Assembly: GCA_951406725.2 (NCBI GenBank) | Contig: OX597820.1 | Span: forward strand, 93,682,001-93,746,000 | Reading direction: 5' to 3' | Source: Octopus vulgaris | Taxonomy: Eukaryota | Length of the DNA stretch: 64,000 bases | Shown: piece after piece, positions 52,589 to 64,000 of the stretch | Position numbering within the stretch: the stretch's first letter is position 1 | Layout: each line of letters starts with the position of its first letter | The notes under the pieces: generated by a model | Database searches by the model: none | Told to the model about the DNA's origin: nothing | The model's input: only the letters and a program-made list of their open reading frames with translations | Position numbers and translations under genes: made by a program

Positions 52589-52602
52589 ACAGCAGGTGGC
52601 GC
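52589..52602 (+). promoter_or_regulatory. CTCF-like motif
   Basis: acagcaggtggcgc matches CCASYAGRKGGCRS at 13/14, in non-repeat sequence. Confidence 0.4.
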
Positions 52603-53769
52603 CTTGAAACTAGCGGCGGTGTCTGCTCTACATACGTCCCCAATAGATTTTGTGACGGAATCAACCACTTAGACCGAGCTCCTACCGAGATGTAAACAGT
52701 TTCAAACGTCTAAGAATTCAAAACTGAAATAAAATGTTGGTTAAAATAAATAAAGCAAGAAAAAGAAAAGAAAACAGTTAAAGAGAAAATGAGAAAATTC
52801 AATTAAAAAATAAAGTTTTCCTTTTTTGAGTTTGAAATCCCAAGGAGTAAAACTAAAATTCTTTAATGTCTTTCGATGACGATAATGATGATGACGACGG
52901 TGGTGGTGGTGGTGGTGGTGGTGGTGTTAGTGGTGGTGGTGGTAGTGGTGGTGGTGGTGAAGGTAACAATGACAACGATGTCGCTGGTAATTATTATCGT
53001 CTTTATGTCTTTTTAAAAATATAAGTGTAATTATATGGCTATATCATATGCTGAAGAAGTTCGCTTCGCAAACACGCCATTCTGCATGGTTTAAGGAAGA
53101 TTTACCTGCTATTTCGAGTCGGTAGAGCACTTATACGCTTTCTAGTTGGACTGTCCAAATGACCACGTTGTCATTGGTTTGTTGATCAGGTCAACCATGA
53201 TCAATGCAAGCCAGCTGTGACCAGCCAGCGTATTTAGGATTATGTCTTGCGTCTATTTGTTATGGTAGGTTGTGATTTTTGGGGATATTTGGGTGTTATT
53301 TCTAGCATTTGAAACGGACACGGCGAGTTGAATGCTTTACAGAGTTTGCGCTGAGGTACTGCAATCTGAGATCAAATACATTTGTGGTCAACTTTGCTTT
53401 TCATATTTGCAGGATTATGATAACTACCATACCAGGCCGTGGATTGGTGGATCTTTTATGAATGGCAGACTGCTTGCTTCATGGATTTTGTTCCGACTTT
53501 CTACATTCTGAGTTGAAATTCTGCCGAGGTATCTGAAATGCACTGTCACCGATCCGCTGGCCTACGGTGGCAGGTGAGGTAAATCCTTGAAGCAAAGGTC
53601 AATACCGAATAAATAGTGCTAGGCGGAGTCCAGAGAAGGGTACCTCTATCAAGAGAGATTTGTACCCTGGTGAATGAATGACTGAAATGACCACGAAGAA
53701 ACTTCCAGAATCCCTCTCTGACAAGATAGGTACTGGCTTGCCTACTTGAGGCTCTTCAGTTCATATATA

Positions 53770-53985
53770 TGGGTTTCAAATTTTGGCACAAGGTCAGCGA
53801 TTAAGGGAGAGGATTAAGTTGTTTACATCGACCCCAGTGATCAACTGGTACATATTTTATCGACTCCAAAAGGATGAAAGACAAAGTAAACCCAGGCGGC
53901 ATTTGAAGTCAGAACATAAAGACGGTCCAAATGTCGCTAGGCATCATGCTCAACGTGCTAATGATTCTGCCAGATCGTCGCTTTA
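53770..53985 (-). mobile_element. SINE family A
   Basis: ggtttcaaattttggcacaagg...aaaggatgaaagacaaagt...gattctgccag. Confidence 0.85.
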
Positions 53986-54692
53986 CTCAGTTCATATATA
54001 TTAATTACGTTATGTTGTGGTTAGTGTATAATACCTAAGATGGGCGAATAGTTAGGGGAATTTTGCTATTAATAGGCTGGCGATACATCCTTTACTGTCA
54101 GATATGAACGCCAGAACTAGCCTGACTTAAGTCACCAGATTGCTGAAAGACCTCATACTCCCTTTACGTTTTATGCAATGAGGATCGTCTTTAATCGACC
54201 CGGAAAAAAGAATTCTTCTTCCTAGTCCAAACAATTTGTCATTAATCACGCACATCTCACAAACAACAACGCCAACAGGAGTAGCACTCTACCACTATTA
54301 TCACCGCCATCGACATCACAAGTAATAGCAGTAACAGCAACAACAACAGCAACAGCGGTAGTAATATTTTGTTAGATGAATTAGGCAGGAGCGAAAACGA
54401 ATGAGGAACTGTATTCTTTACAACATTACCACATCAACAAGTGACGAATCGTTGTTAATAAGTGTGCTGTTTAATATCTCATCCATTACCATATTCATCA
54501 TCCTTTTTCAACTCATCATCATCATCATCATCCACATTTCTAATAACAAATTCAACCGCAATAACAACAACAGCAAGTTCGTAGTACATCGACGATACAC
54601 AGAAACTAGGCCATGCCCACAGAGAATTGGACTGTCCAATATACACTAGATGTCACAAAAGACATAAACACAAACTCATATGTATATATGCA

Positions 54693-54751
<59 letters not shown>

Positions 54752-54794
54752 TGCTGATATCGAAATTCATTCCATTGGCTTCGTTGAATTATTT

Positions 54795-54856
<62 letters not shown>

Positions 54857-54942
54857 TGGGGATGTTCAAATGTTAGAAGCATATAGTAGCTTAAATGCCA
54901 GATAAGTACGTATGTATGTGTTTGTTGTCGTTATTATTATTA

Positions 54943-54976
<34 letters not shown>

Positions 54977-55074
54977 CATTATTATTATATTATTATTACC
55001 CAGGGGAAGACCTCCAATGAGATCGTCGGGGGTTAATGTTAGTGCTCAACAGAGAGCCAACACACACACACACT

Positions 55075-55222
55075 CCCTCCCTCCCTCTCTCTCTCTTCCT
55101 CTCTCTCTCTCTCTCATCCTCTCTCTTCCTCTCTCTCTCTCTTCCTCTCTCTCTCTCTCTTCCTCTCTCTCTCTCTTCCTCTCTCTCTCTTCCTCTCTCT
55201 CTCTCTTCCTCTCTCTCTCTCT
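55075..55222. repeat. Polypyrimidine (CT)n tract with periodic cttc interruptions
   Basis: Direct inspection of the sequence. Confidence 0.95.
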
Positions 55223-56001
55223 CACACATAAATGCACTTACACACATGGACACATGGACAAAAGTGATCGATATCATCGATTCAGTTCATGAATGAGGTA
55301 CACTCGCTTGACGACAGTTTATTGAGTGAAACCAGTAAAAACAAAACATAATATATATATATTTATATATATATATGCATGTATATATATCCGTATCGAC
55401 AGATAAATTGATATATATATATATATATATATGTAGAGAGAGAGAGTTTGATTTCTATCAGATAGTGATAGTAATCGGTAATAAAATGAAACTCTATGAC
55501 ACAGGGTAAAGACACTTGTTATATATTGTCTTCTTACAACATGGCCAGATGTAACGACTTTCGTCTCCTCAGAGAAGAATAAGAAATATGTGGCTTCTTG
55601 GTTTATATTTATAGTAAATATAGACGGGTTTTGTTGTAGGAACAGTGCAGTGGAGACAAATAAATAGTAGCAAATAATAATATATGCGTAAAGAATGTAA
55701 TGACAAGAACGATAAGAACAATAATAAATATACACATAAAATATGTGTATATGTATGTGTATATGTGTGTATAGTATTTATGGGAGAGAAAGAGAGACAA
55801 AGGAGAGGGGGACCAGAGTGAGAAGTTGAAGTAGGCAGCTGAGAAATGATTGAAGAGTAGGAGGAAGAATGGACAGAGCAAGAGAGGGGGAAAGGAGGAA
55901 AGGGAGAGTTATTTTCAATTGACTTTCATTATCAGAAACTTTAAGTGAAGTGGTATTTCTGAAGTTGTTCACGCCTTCGTCATACATTCCTGTGTATATA
56001 A

Positions 56002-56069
<68 letters not shown>

Positions 56070-56353
56070 ATGTATGTATGTATGTATGTATGTATGTAGG
56101 TAGGTAGGTAGGTATGTAGGTATGTATTTATGTATGTATATGCATATATGTCTACGTATAAACACACACACATATATACACGTACACATTCCCATGTACG
56201 TATGTGCACATATATTTATATACATATATATATATACACATACATATGTATATATATAATGTTATATATATACACACACATTCTTTCGTATGTGTATATA
56301 TATATGTATGTATGTTTATATATATATATATATATATATATAAATATAAAGTG

Positions 56354-56439
<86 letters not shown>

Positions 56440-56478
56440 ATAGATAGGTAGGTAGCTAGCTAGCTAGATAGATAGATA
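56354..56478. repeat. (GATA)n microsatellite
   Basis: Direct inspection of the sequence. Confidence 0.97.
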
Positions 56479-57711
56479 TACACACACAGTAGTAATATTT
56501 ACTATTGTGGAAACTCATACATCTAGACAAGCATCACTTATATTTTCTGTCATTGTGTGCTGGAGATAGTGTGGAGGGGTAAATTACCATATCTGGTTAT
56601 ATCAACAACATGAAGTAACTATTATATTGGACCAGCCAAAACATCTTGTATGCACTTTCCTCACAGAGTATGGTACTGCTTTCTGTGATAAGGAAGTGTG
56701 TCGCTGAAGAACTCCAATAAGAGTAAAACACTTTTGGAGTTATCACCATACCCGCCAACGATTGGACACACTCTCGAAATACAGCGCTCAACTGATTTTT
56801 CATCAAGAATCTTAATATTAGAAAACAATATAAATAAATTAACAGAAATTCGTGATGATGGAAACATTTGATTATATCAACTACGACTGATAGCTTATTT
56901 TATCGATTCTAGAGAGATGCAAAGTAAAGTTGGCCCGGTATCATTTGAACTTATAACGTGAAGGGCTGGAACAAATACCGTTAGACATTTTGTCAAACGC
57001 GCTAATACTTCTGCCAGTCTAATAATGTTAATTTTTAAAAAAATTTCAGCACAAAGCAAGCAATCGGCTGGTATTTATTTTATCGACCCCAGAAGGATGA
57101 AAGTCAAAGCTAACCTGGGTGCAATTTGAACTCAGAAAGCAAAGAGTCGAAACACTGCAAGGTATTTTTGTCCGATGCTCTATCGGTTCTACCAAAATGA
57201 TTTTTCTTTTCATTTGTAGAGCGGAAGAGTAGGAAACTTATCTGAAACTCATTTGTCCAACCGATTTTGGCTTTTAACGCCTAAATAAAAACTATGGCGA
57301 CAATGATGACGACAACGACTACGACGACGATGATAATGATGTCTGACATTGGCAGAAAGCCAGGAATTTCAGGAAAAGAAGTACTTGACTTATACTTATA
57401 TATAAAATGAACGTAACGAAATACCAGAAGGTATTCGTCCGGTGCACTGCCAATTCTGCCATCCAGTACTAATGTGCTTCCTCATTACCACAAGTTTCTT
57501 TGTAACATGAAATGCTGCAATAAATTACCACCAATAAGTGGTATGTTTTTACAATAAATATCGTGCCTTTTAGTAAACATCCTTTATTATTCTGCTACAG
57601 TCGGCAGATATAATGCTTTAACTATGTAACGAAATTGAAGACGTAACCTATAATACACACAACACTTATATCACTCGTAAGACGATTGATAAATTGGAAC
57701 GAAACTGAAAA

Positions 57712-58118
57712 TATAATCTAACCGAAAGAGCACCATCGCGAATACAAGCGGCCGAAATGGGGCCCTCTGAAAGTTCTCTAGAGTAACGTTACTTGAAGGG
57801 TACATAGCAAGGAGATCTGGGAGCCTCTCCAGGTCGAGCCACTATTTCACATTAAGTGGTTACAGCTCCGGTACAACGAACGTGTGATTAGACTGTCACA
57901 GGAAAGAATCGCAAGAATTCTTCAAGCCGAGCAAACTGGTAGGACCAAGAACGAGATGGTTTGATAATATCCATCGTCTTAATTTGGCCTCACATGGAGA
58001 TCCATCCGGAAAGTCTAATGACGGTTGCTTCTGATAGGAACTTACGGAGATGTCTGAGAACTCTACCCCTATGACCCTCCCGGGGATAGTCAGCGCAGAA
58101 GAGGGATGAATGGATGGT
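57712..58118 (+). mobile_element. RTE-clade (Rex3/Expander-like) LINE 3' end
   Basis: Across frameshifts: SRIQAAEMG...LQVEPLFHIKWLQLR...RLSQERIARILQAEQTGRPRTRWFDNIHRL...VASDR...LRTLP, then a gaatggatgg tail running into (TATG)n. Confidence 0.85.
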
Positions 58119-58964
58119 ATGTATGTATGTATGTATGTATGTATGTATGTATGTATGTATGTATGTATGTATGTATGTATGTATGTGTGAATGTTTGTGT
58201 GCGTGTGTGAGAGTAGTTACTGATACAGTTTTTAGAATCCGCAGCCTAGTAGAGCAGCCAGCAACTGAATACCATTCACAGAGACTGTGGGTTCATATCC
58301 AACTTATTTTATTCTCTGTTTTATTAAGGTTTGTTAAAGGTCTATCGATTGTAACAGAACAATGCTATAGACAGATTATGTCTCCGATATCGATCCACAA
58401 TTGAGATGGTTTACTTTTTGATGCAAAGATAGAAATAATAAGCAGCAACTCTCAAGGGGGACGTAGTGATAAGCGGATAACAAAGAATGAAGAATTTTCA
58501 AAGATATTCTCTCCTAATTCTGCAACTTCAATACTAACTCTGTGGACTTGACATCATCGTAAGAACCAAGCATTTCAGAAAAAAAAACCCCCAGTTTTTC
58601 AAAGATAAATCGTATATGTCATAGTTCTCTATAAAATTCCAACAATCTTATTGTTTTCAAAATAACTGTGGATTAACTACGAATAATGCCAATTTTTATT
58701 AATAGTTACATTTGTCAAAGTACAATATTTTTTATGCTTGAAGTGTGGGAGGAATGCATTGTCTGTCATTTAGTCTGTCTCACTAACCATTCTAGCGACC
58801 TACCACTATTTGGTCTGTCTGTCTGTCTGTCTTTTGTCTGTCCTTCTGTCTCTCTACCCATTCTATTTGTTCATCGACATTTAATCTGTTGTTCTAAGCT
58901 GTAAAGCATATTTTAATGTCTTTTGAGATGTTGTTTCATAAAAAGGACGAGGATTCAGTTGGCG

Positions 58965-59006
<42 letters not shown>

Positions 59007-59087
59007 GTAGTAGTAGTAGTAGTAGTAGTAGTAATAGTAGTAGTAGTACATTTACTGCGAAGCTTGAATCGCACACACATTTTTCTT

Positions 59088-59156
<69 letters not shown>

Positions 59157-59932
59157 TACGATAAGGGTTTCTGTTTCTTCTATGAATCAATCCAGGAAGA
59201 ATTATAGTGGGGACGGGTGGCGAAGTAAAGAGAAGAACTATTTGGAAAAAAGAGGGACAAGAAATCATAAATGCAAGGGAAAAAGAGGAACTGAAGAAAA
59301 GTATAGCAAGAAGAGGAAAGAAAGAAAGAATGAAATGACTAAAACGGTAAAAAGAAAATATAAAGAAAATAATTGGCAAATGAAGACAAGAAAAGAATGT
59401 GAAAGACGAGAGAAGTTGAGAACGAAGAAAAGATAAGGAGATATAAGAAAGAGAAGGAAGGAAGGAATGAAGGAAGGAAGATCGATTGTCTCATCACGTG
59501 TGTGTGTTTCTTTCATTTTCCTGTCTGTTCTTTGTATTTCTCTTATTTTACTTTCTCGAAACAAATGGAGTGGAGTTACTGTTTTGTAAACATGACGAGT
59601 CAGACTTGTGTTAGCAAGTGCTATAGGATGTTGTAGGTGTTGAGAAAAGGTTTAGTGGTGGTACTTGACATGAAAAAAGGAGAGAGAGAGAGAGAGAGGG
59701 GGGGGGGGGGAGAAAGGGGTGAGACTAGGTGAATGTGTGCTTAATTTTAATGTGGAGGTTTAATTTTTATTTTAATGTAAAGTGTTAAGACGAAAGAGTT
59801 CAGTTTGACACTAAAACAGCAACGGGTTGGTTATTTAGTGCTTACTTGGAAATAGGCTTGTGTTGTTGTCATCACATAAATGCCATGCTCCAGGATAGAT
59901 ATATACAAGACCGGATAAGCATAAGCTAATAA

Positions 59933-60003
<71 letters not shown>

Positions 60004-60497
60004 GAGAATGAGTGGTCGCGCGATCTGTTTGCATTAGCAGCTAAATCGCTCTCAAATCACACGTTTTTAAGCACAACACACGTGGAGTCAAAAAGAAGCA
60101 ATACCTTTCACCCGGCACGGTCGTTCACGCAGTGCTCTCTCTCCCTAATGTGAAGCTTCCTATCTCGGACATGTGAGTATGCGCCAAACACTGCGTCGCT
60201 GGAACTGTAAAGTGCACAGTTCTATACAAGTATTTTTGTATTTTTTCATAAACTAGGGGATGACTACTGACATTAAACTTAAGGATTAAATAATATACAA
60301 GTATAAAGAAAGAATTAAAGAAAAAACAACTCATTATATTGAATGTTATCGATAATATCGAGTGGTAATAGGGGGTGCTGCAGTTCCTATACACGAGCCG
60401 CCACTTATAGGGTTAACCTTTTCGGTTGCAGTGAGGAATAAAAAATGGCAGTTTGGACATGGGTTCACTCTGTTTGAGTTTAATATGGAATCGGCTA

Positions 60498-60715
60498 AAG
60501 GTGGCGAGCTGGAAGAACCGTTAGCACGCCGAGCAAAATGGTTAGGGGCATTTCGTCCGTCTTCACGTACTGAGTTCAAATTCTGCCGAGGCTGACTTTA
60601 TCTTTCTTCATTTCGGGGTCGATAAGATAAGTACCAGTTGAGCACGGGGGTCGATGTTATTGACTTACCCCCTTCCTTGAACTTGCTGGCCTTGTGCCGA
60701 AATTTAAGACAAGTA
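60498..60715 (+). mobile_element. SINE family A
   Basis: aaggtggcgagctggaagaaccgttagcacg...ggccttgtgccgaaattt. Confidence 0.9.
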
Positions 60716-61019
60716 TAGAAGCGGCTAAGGTACAAAGAATCTAATTGATTTCAAGTGTTAATAAAAAAAAAAAGAGGTGATTTCTGAAATAAAAAGAGCA
60801 AGATCTGATTATGAAGCTAAACTAGGTATTGGTTTATGAGTTGCAGCTGCGGTTGATTCTGAGAAATATATCGTGTTTCCTTCTAACATGGGAACTAAGG
60901 TTAACTTATGACTAATATACTGTGAGGGAGAACAGTTACAGGTTATATACAAGTCAGCTCTAAGCCAGCGGACCTATAGTCATTCCAATCATGACCTTCC
61001 CATTTTGTGTGTGTGTGTG

Positions 61020-61081
<62 letters not shown>

Positions 61082-61234
61082 ACAAACTAACTATCTATCT
61101 ACCTAAGTTAATCCAAACATGAAAACACAAAGAGAAAACACAACAACGCGAGGACGTGGAACAAGTATAGTGTTATTGGACGCTCAGGAAAGGAAAGAAA
61201 GAAGGAGGATCTAACGTTTCGAGCGTTCTCTTTT

Positions 61235-61368
61235 ACCGTGACTTAGCGGTTCGGCAAAAGAGACCGGTAGAATAAGTACAAGCTCTGGGGTCGATTTGCT
61301 CGACTACAAAGGCGGTGCTCCAGCATGGCCACAGTCAAATGACTGAAACAAGTAAAAAAGTAAAAGAG
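61235..61368 (+). mobile_element. SINE family D 3' end
   Basis: ccgtgacttagcggttcggcaaaagagacc...ggcggtgctccagcatggccacagtcaaatgactgaaacaag. Confidence 0.88.
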
Positions 61369-61411
61369 ACATGGTGTATTTAGAACTACACTACTCAACA
61401 CATACTTTCAT

Positions 61412-61590
61412 CAAGGCGGCGAGCTGGCAGATTTGATAGCACACACCGGGCGAAACGCCTAGTGGCATTTCGTCCGACATTTTGCGTTCCGAGTTCAAAT
61501 TCCACTGAGGTTGATTTTGCCTTTCATCCTTTCAGGGTCGATAAAATAAGTTCCAGTTCAACTGGTCTTGTTGCTAAATTTGAAACCAGT
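61412..61590 (+). mobile_element. SINE family A
   Basis: aaggcggcgagctggcag...ttttgcctttcatcctttcagggtcgataaaataag. Confidence 0.88.
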
Positions 61591-62008
61591 ATATATTTTC
61601 GTTTATAGTACAGTCGGATGTGGTTTGAGGAGGACTTGGTTGTTATGTCTAGCAGGCTAAGAGACCATACAGAGGCTCTATCATTTTTGGCTCATAGTTA
61701 GACGTCTCGTTTTTAAGATTCAGGAAATCTCGGATAATTAACAATGACTCTCACGTTCTCTTTCTAAGTATGTCTAGGATTACCCCATCTAACGTGTCAA
61801 TTCTTTATTTAAGACGACTGGCTGTAATTTGGAAAAAAAAAAAAAAGAAAAAGATTTCGTTGTTATTTCTAGCAAATTAAGCGATCTCATTAGTTCGTTC
61901 CTGTAACGTGTAACGTGTCTGTGATGATATTAAATGACAAATGAGTTGACAGAAGTAGTAAAACGGTAGATACTATGGTAAGTACTAAAGGGTACTGAAT
62001 GCCTAAGG

Positions 62009-62040
<32 letters not shown>

Positions 62041-62722
62041 TGTTGTTGTTGTTGTTGTTGTTACGGACACGGGCCAGCTTTGATTAGGCTGTCCTACGGT
62101 CGAAAACGTTTCAGCTGTGATCATCTCGTGTAAAGCACCAAATGGTACGGAACAAATTAAAGTGTTCATGAGATACTAAGAGGGCGTGGTAGCTGTTGTT
62201 GTTTTGTTTAACCCCCAGCTCTGACCAGGTTAAGCAGACCGACATTTGAAAACATTCTATGATCATCGTGTCCTTTTTTTTTGTTTTCTCTCAGATGCGG
62301 TCCTTTTTTTTCTTTTTTTTTTTTTTTTGAAAGAATAATGTGTACACGTGTGTGTGATTTGAGGGAGATCTGGCTATTGCTTTTGGCAAGTCGAGCGACC
62401 AGATACGAGCAGGCTCACGCTGAAAAGCATTCCAGCTGTGACCATCCCGTTATTTTGGGAGCGTGCTTAGGGCAACATCATCTCGTGGCGGGGTGTGATT
62501 TCAAGACCGTTTGGCTGTTATTTCTAGCAAGTCGAATGACCGAGTATAGGCAGTTGGTGCTAAATGTTAGATATAGAGCGGAACAGGTGGTTGTAATATA
62601 AGAGGTAAGAGGTGAGGGAGCGGCGGTCAGTGATGAGTTACAGGGATGAAATCTAATAGACAGGCATGCAAACAGATCGAACAAACACACACACACACAC
62701 ACATACATAATACATACATACA

Positions 62723-62753
<31 letters not shown>

Positions 62754-63923
62754 GCACATTCATCGTATATTTTTTTTAATTCTTTTTTTCAAACCCAGAA
62801 TTGGGTTGAGGCCATACTGGGGCACTACTTCTAACTATACTTTTAGTCGATCCTTTTAATCCCTAAAACTATTTCAATCACTCTATTTTTATCGATCATT
62901 AGCAAATTAAGTGACGTTTGCTATAAACGATACCTATCAGGAACGATTCTCAAACGAGAGAAAAAGGCACTCACTACATATAACTGTGGTGTGACTAGAA
63001 TTTGAACCGCCCGTGACAGCCCTTGAATATGCCCCCCCCACCACCACCACCACTCTCACTACTAGACTCAAAAAGTTTTTACATAGGCTTATACAGCCAA
63101 CCCTAAAGGGCTTCTCCTCCATAAAAGCGTTGCCCGGGGCGGACCGACCCTAACTTTACCCACAACCCAGCACCCCTCGCCCATGCTCTCCTCCCAGCTG
63201 TGTGTGTTACTGACGCAATGAATTTTATTATCTCATTTACTGTGTTGAAATCGACGGGGTCGACCTACCAGTTGAGCACTGGGGTTAATGTAATCGACGT
63301 GCCCCTACCCTCTAAAATGCTGGATTTCTACCAAAATTAGAGAGAATTACTATCTATATTTTTTCGAAGCTGTGTTTTCATCGCTGCTCTGAGTTTTCTG
63401 TTTACATTTCGTTCCAGCTTCAGTAAAAGTGGATCTACATCTGCTTCAGCGATAACTATGGTATTCCTGTTGTTTTATCAACTGAGCTGCCTACACATTG
63501 TACTATAGTCTGAATGGCCGAGTATTCCTGAGTAAGGTTAATCCATATGTTAGTGGGGTCAATCCCACACGAGAACCGTCTTAACAGAGGACTGTCGTGC
63601 GCCTCTTCATCCACAACCCGTATGTATACCACGCATTGTATAAATTAGTATTAAGGTAATTGGGTCCTTTTACTCGTGGGGCACTGGGCAGTGTAACCAT
63701 GACTTAAGATGGATCTGTGTCCACCCACTTTTTACAAACAAGGTATCAGGTCGACCGAAGCCCTGGCAAAAATATACTTCGCTAAAATGACAAGTGCGAT
63801 CGAGCCTAGAATATTGCGAAGCGAACTTCGTAACCACTCACCCTTTCCTGCACACACACACACACACGCACACATAAGACAGGGTACACATACACACACA
63901 TATATATATATATGTGAAAGGGT

Positions 63924-63957
<34 letters not shown>

Positions 63958-64000
63958 CAGGGTAAACATATATATATATGCCAGGGTAAACATACATACA

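Noticed and set aside
59208-59436. Lys/Glu/Arg-rich ORF
   Set aside because: Purine-rich low-complexity sequence whose ORF starts in (TA)n.

Overview
This is AT-rich eukaryotic non-coding DNA, dense in microsatellites and short interspersed repeats. The repeat families (several tRNA-derived SINEs, plus (CA)n, (TA)n, (TATG)n, (TAGA)n and CAC/CAT/CAA tracts) look like those of an octopod cephalopod (Octopus sp.); that assignment is an inference. I see no intact protein-coding gene: almost every ORF in the track is microsatellite or SINE read-through. Supported features are >40 SINE copies (many with target-site duplications, TSDs), hAT- and Merlin-like MITEs (some nested), a dead piggyBac transposase (41004-41680), an RTE/Rex3-type LINE 3' end, and CR1-, L1/Tx1-, Tc1/mariner- and Penelope-like fragments. 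The best leads not explained by repeats are: (i) a pre-miRNA-like hairpin at 30935-30996 with four G:U pairs and a basal UG at -14; (ii) other hairpins at 2589-2649, 12082-12149 and 24846-24930; (iii) repeat-poor islands rich in posterior-Hox/Cdx-type motifs plus CTCF-like sites, suggesting a developmental regulatory region; (iv) several locally templated copy or inversion events. All coordinates were read by eye; nothing was database-searched or computationally folded.
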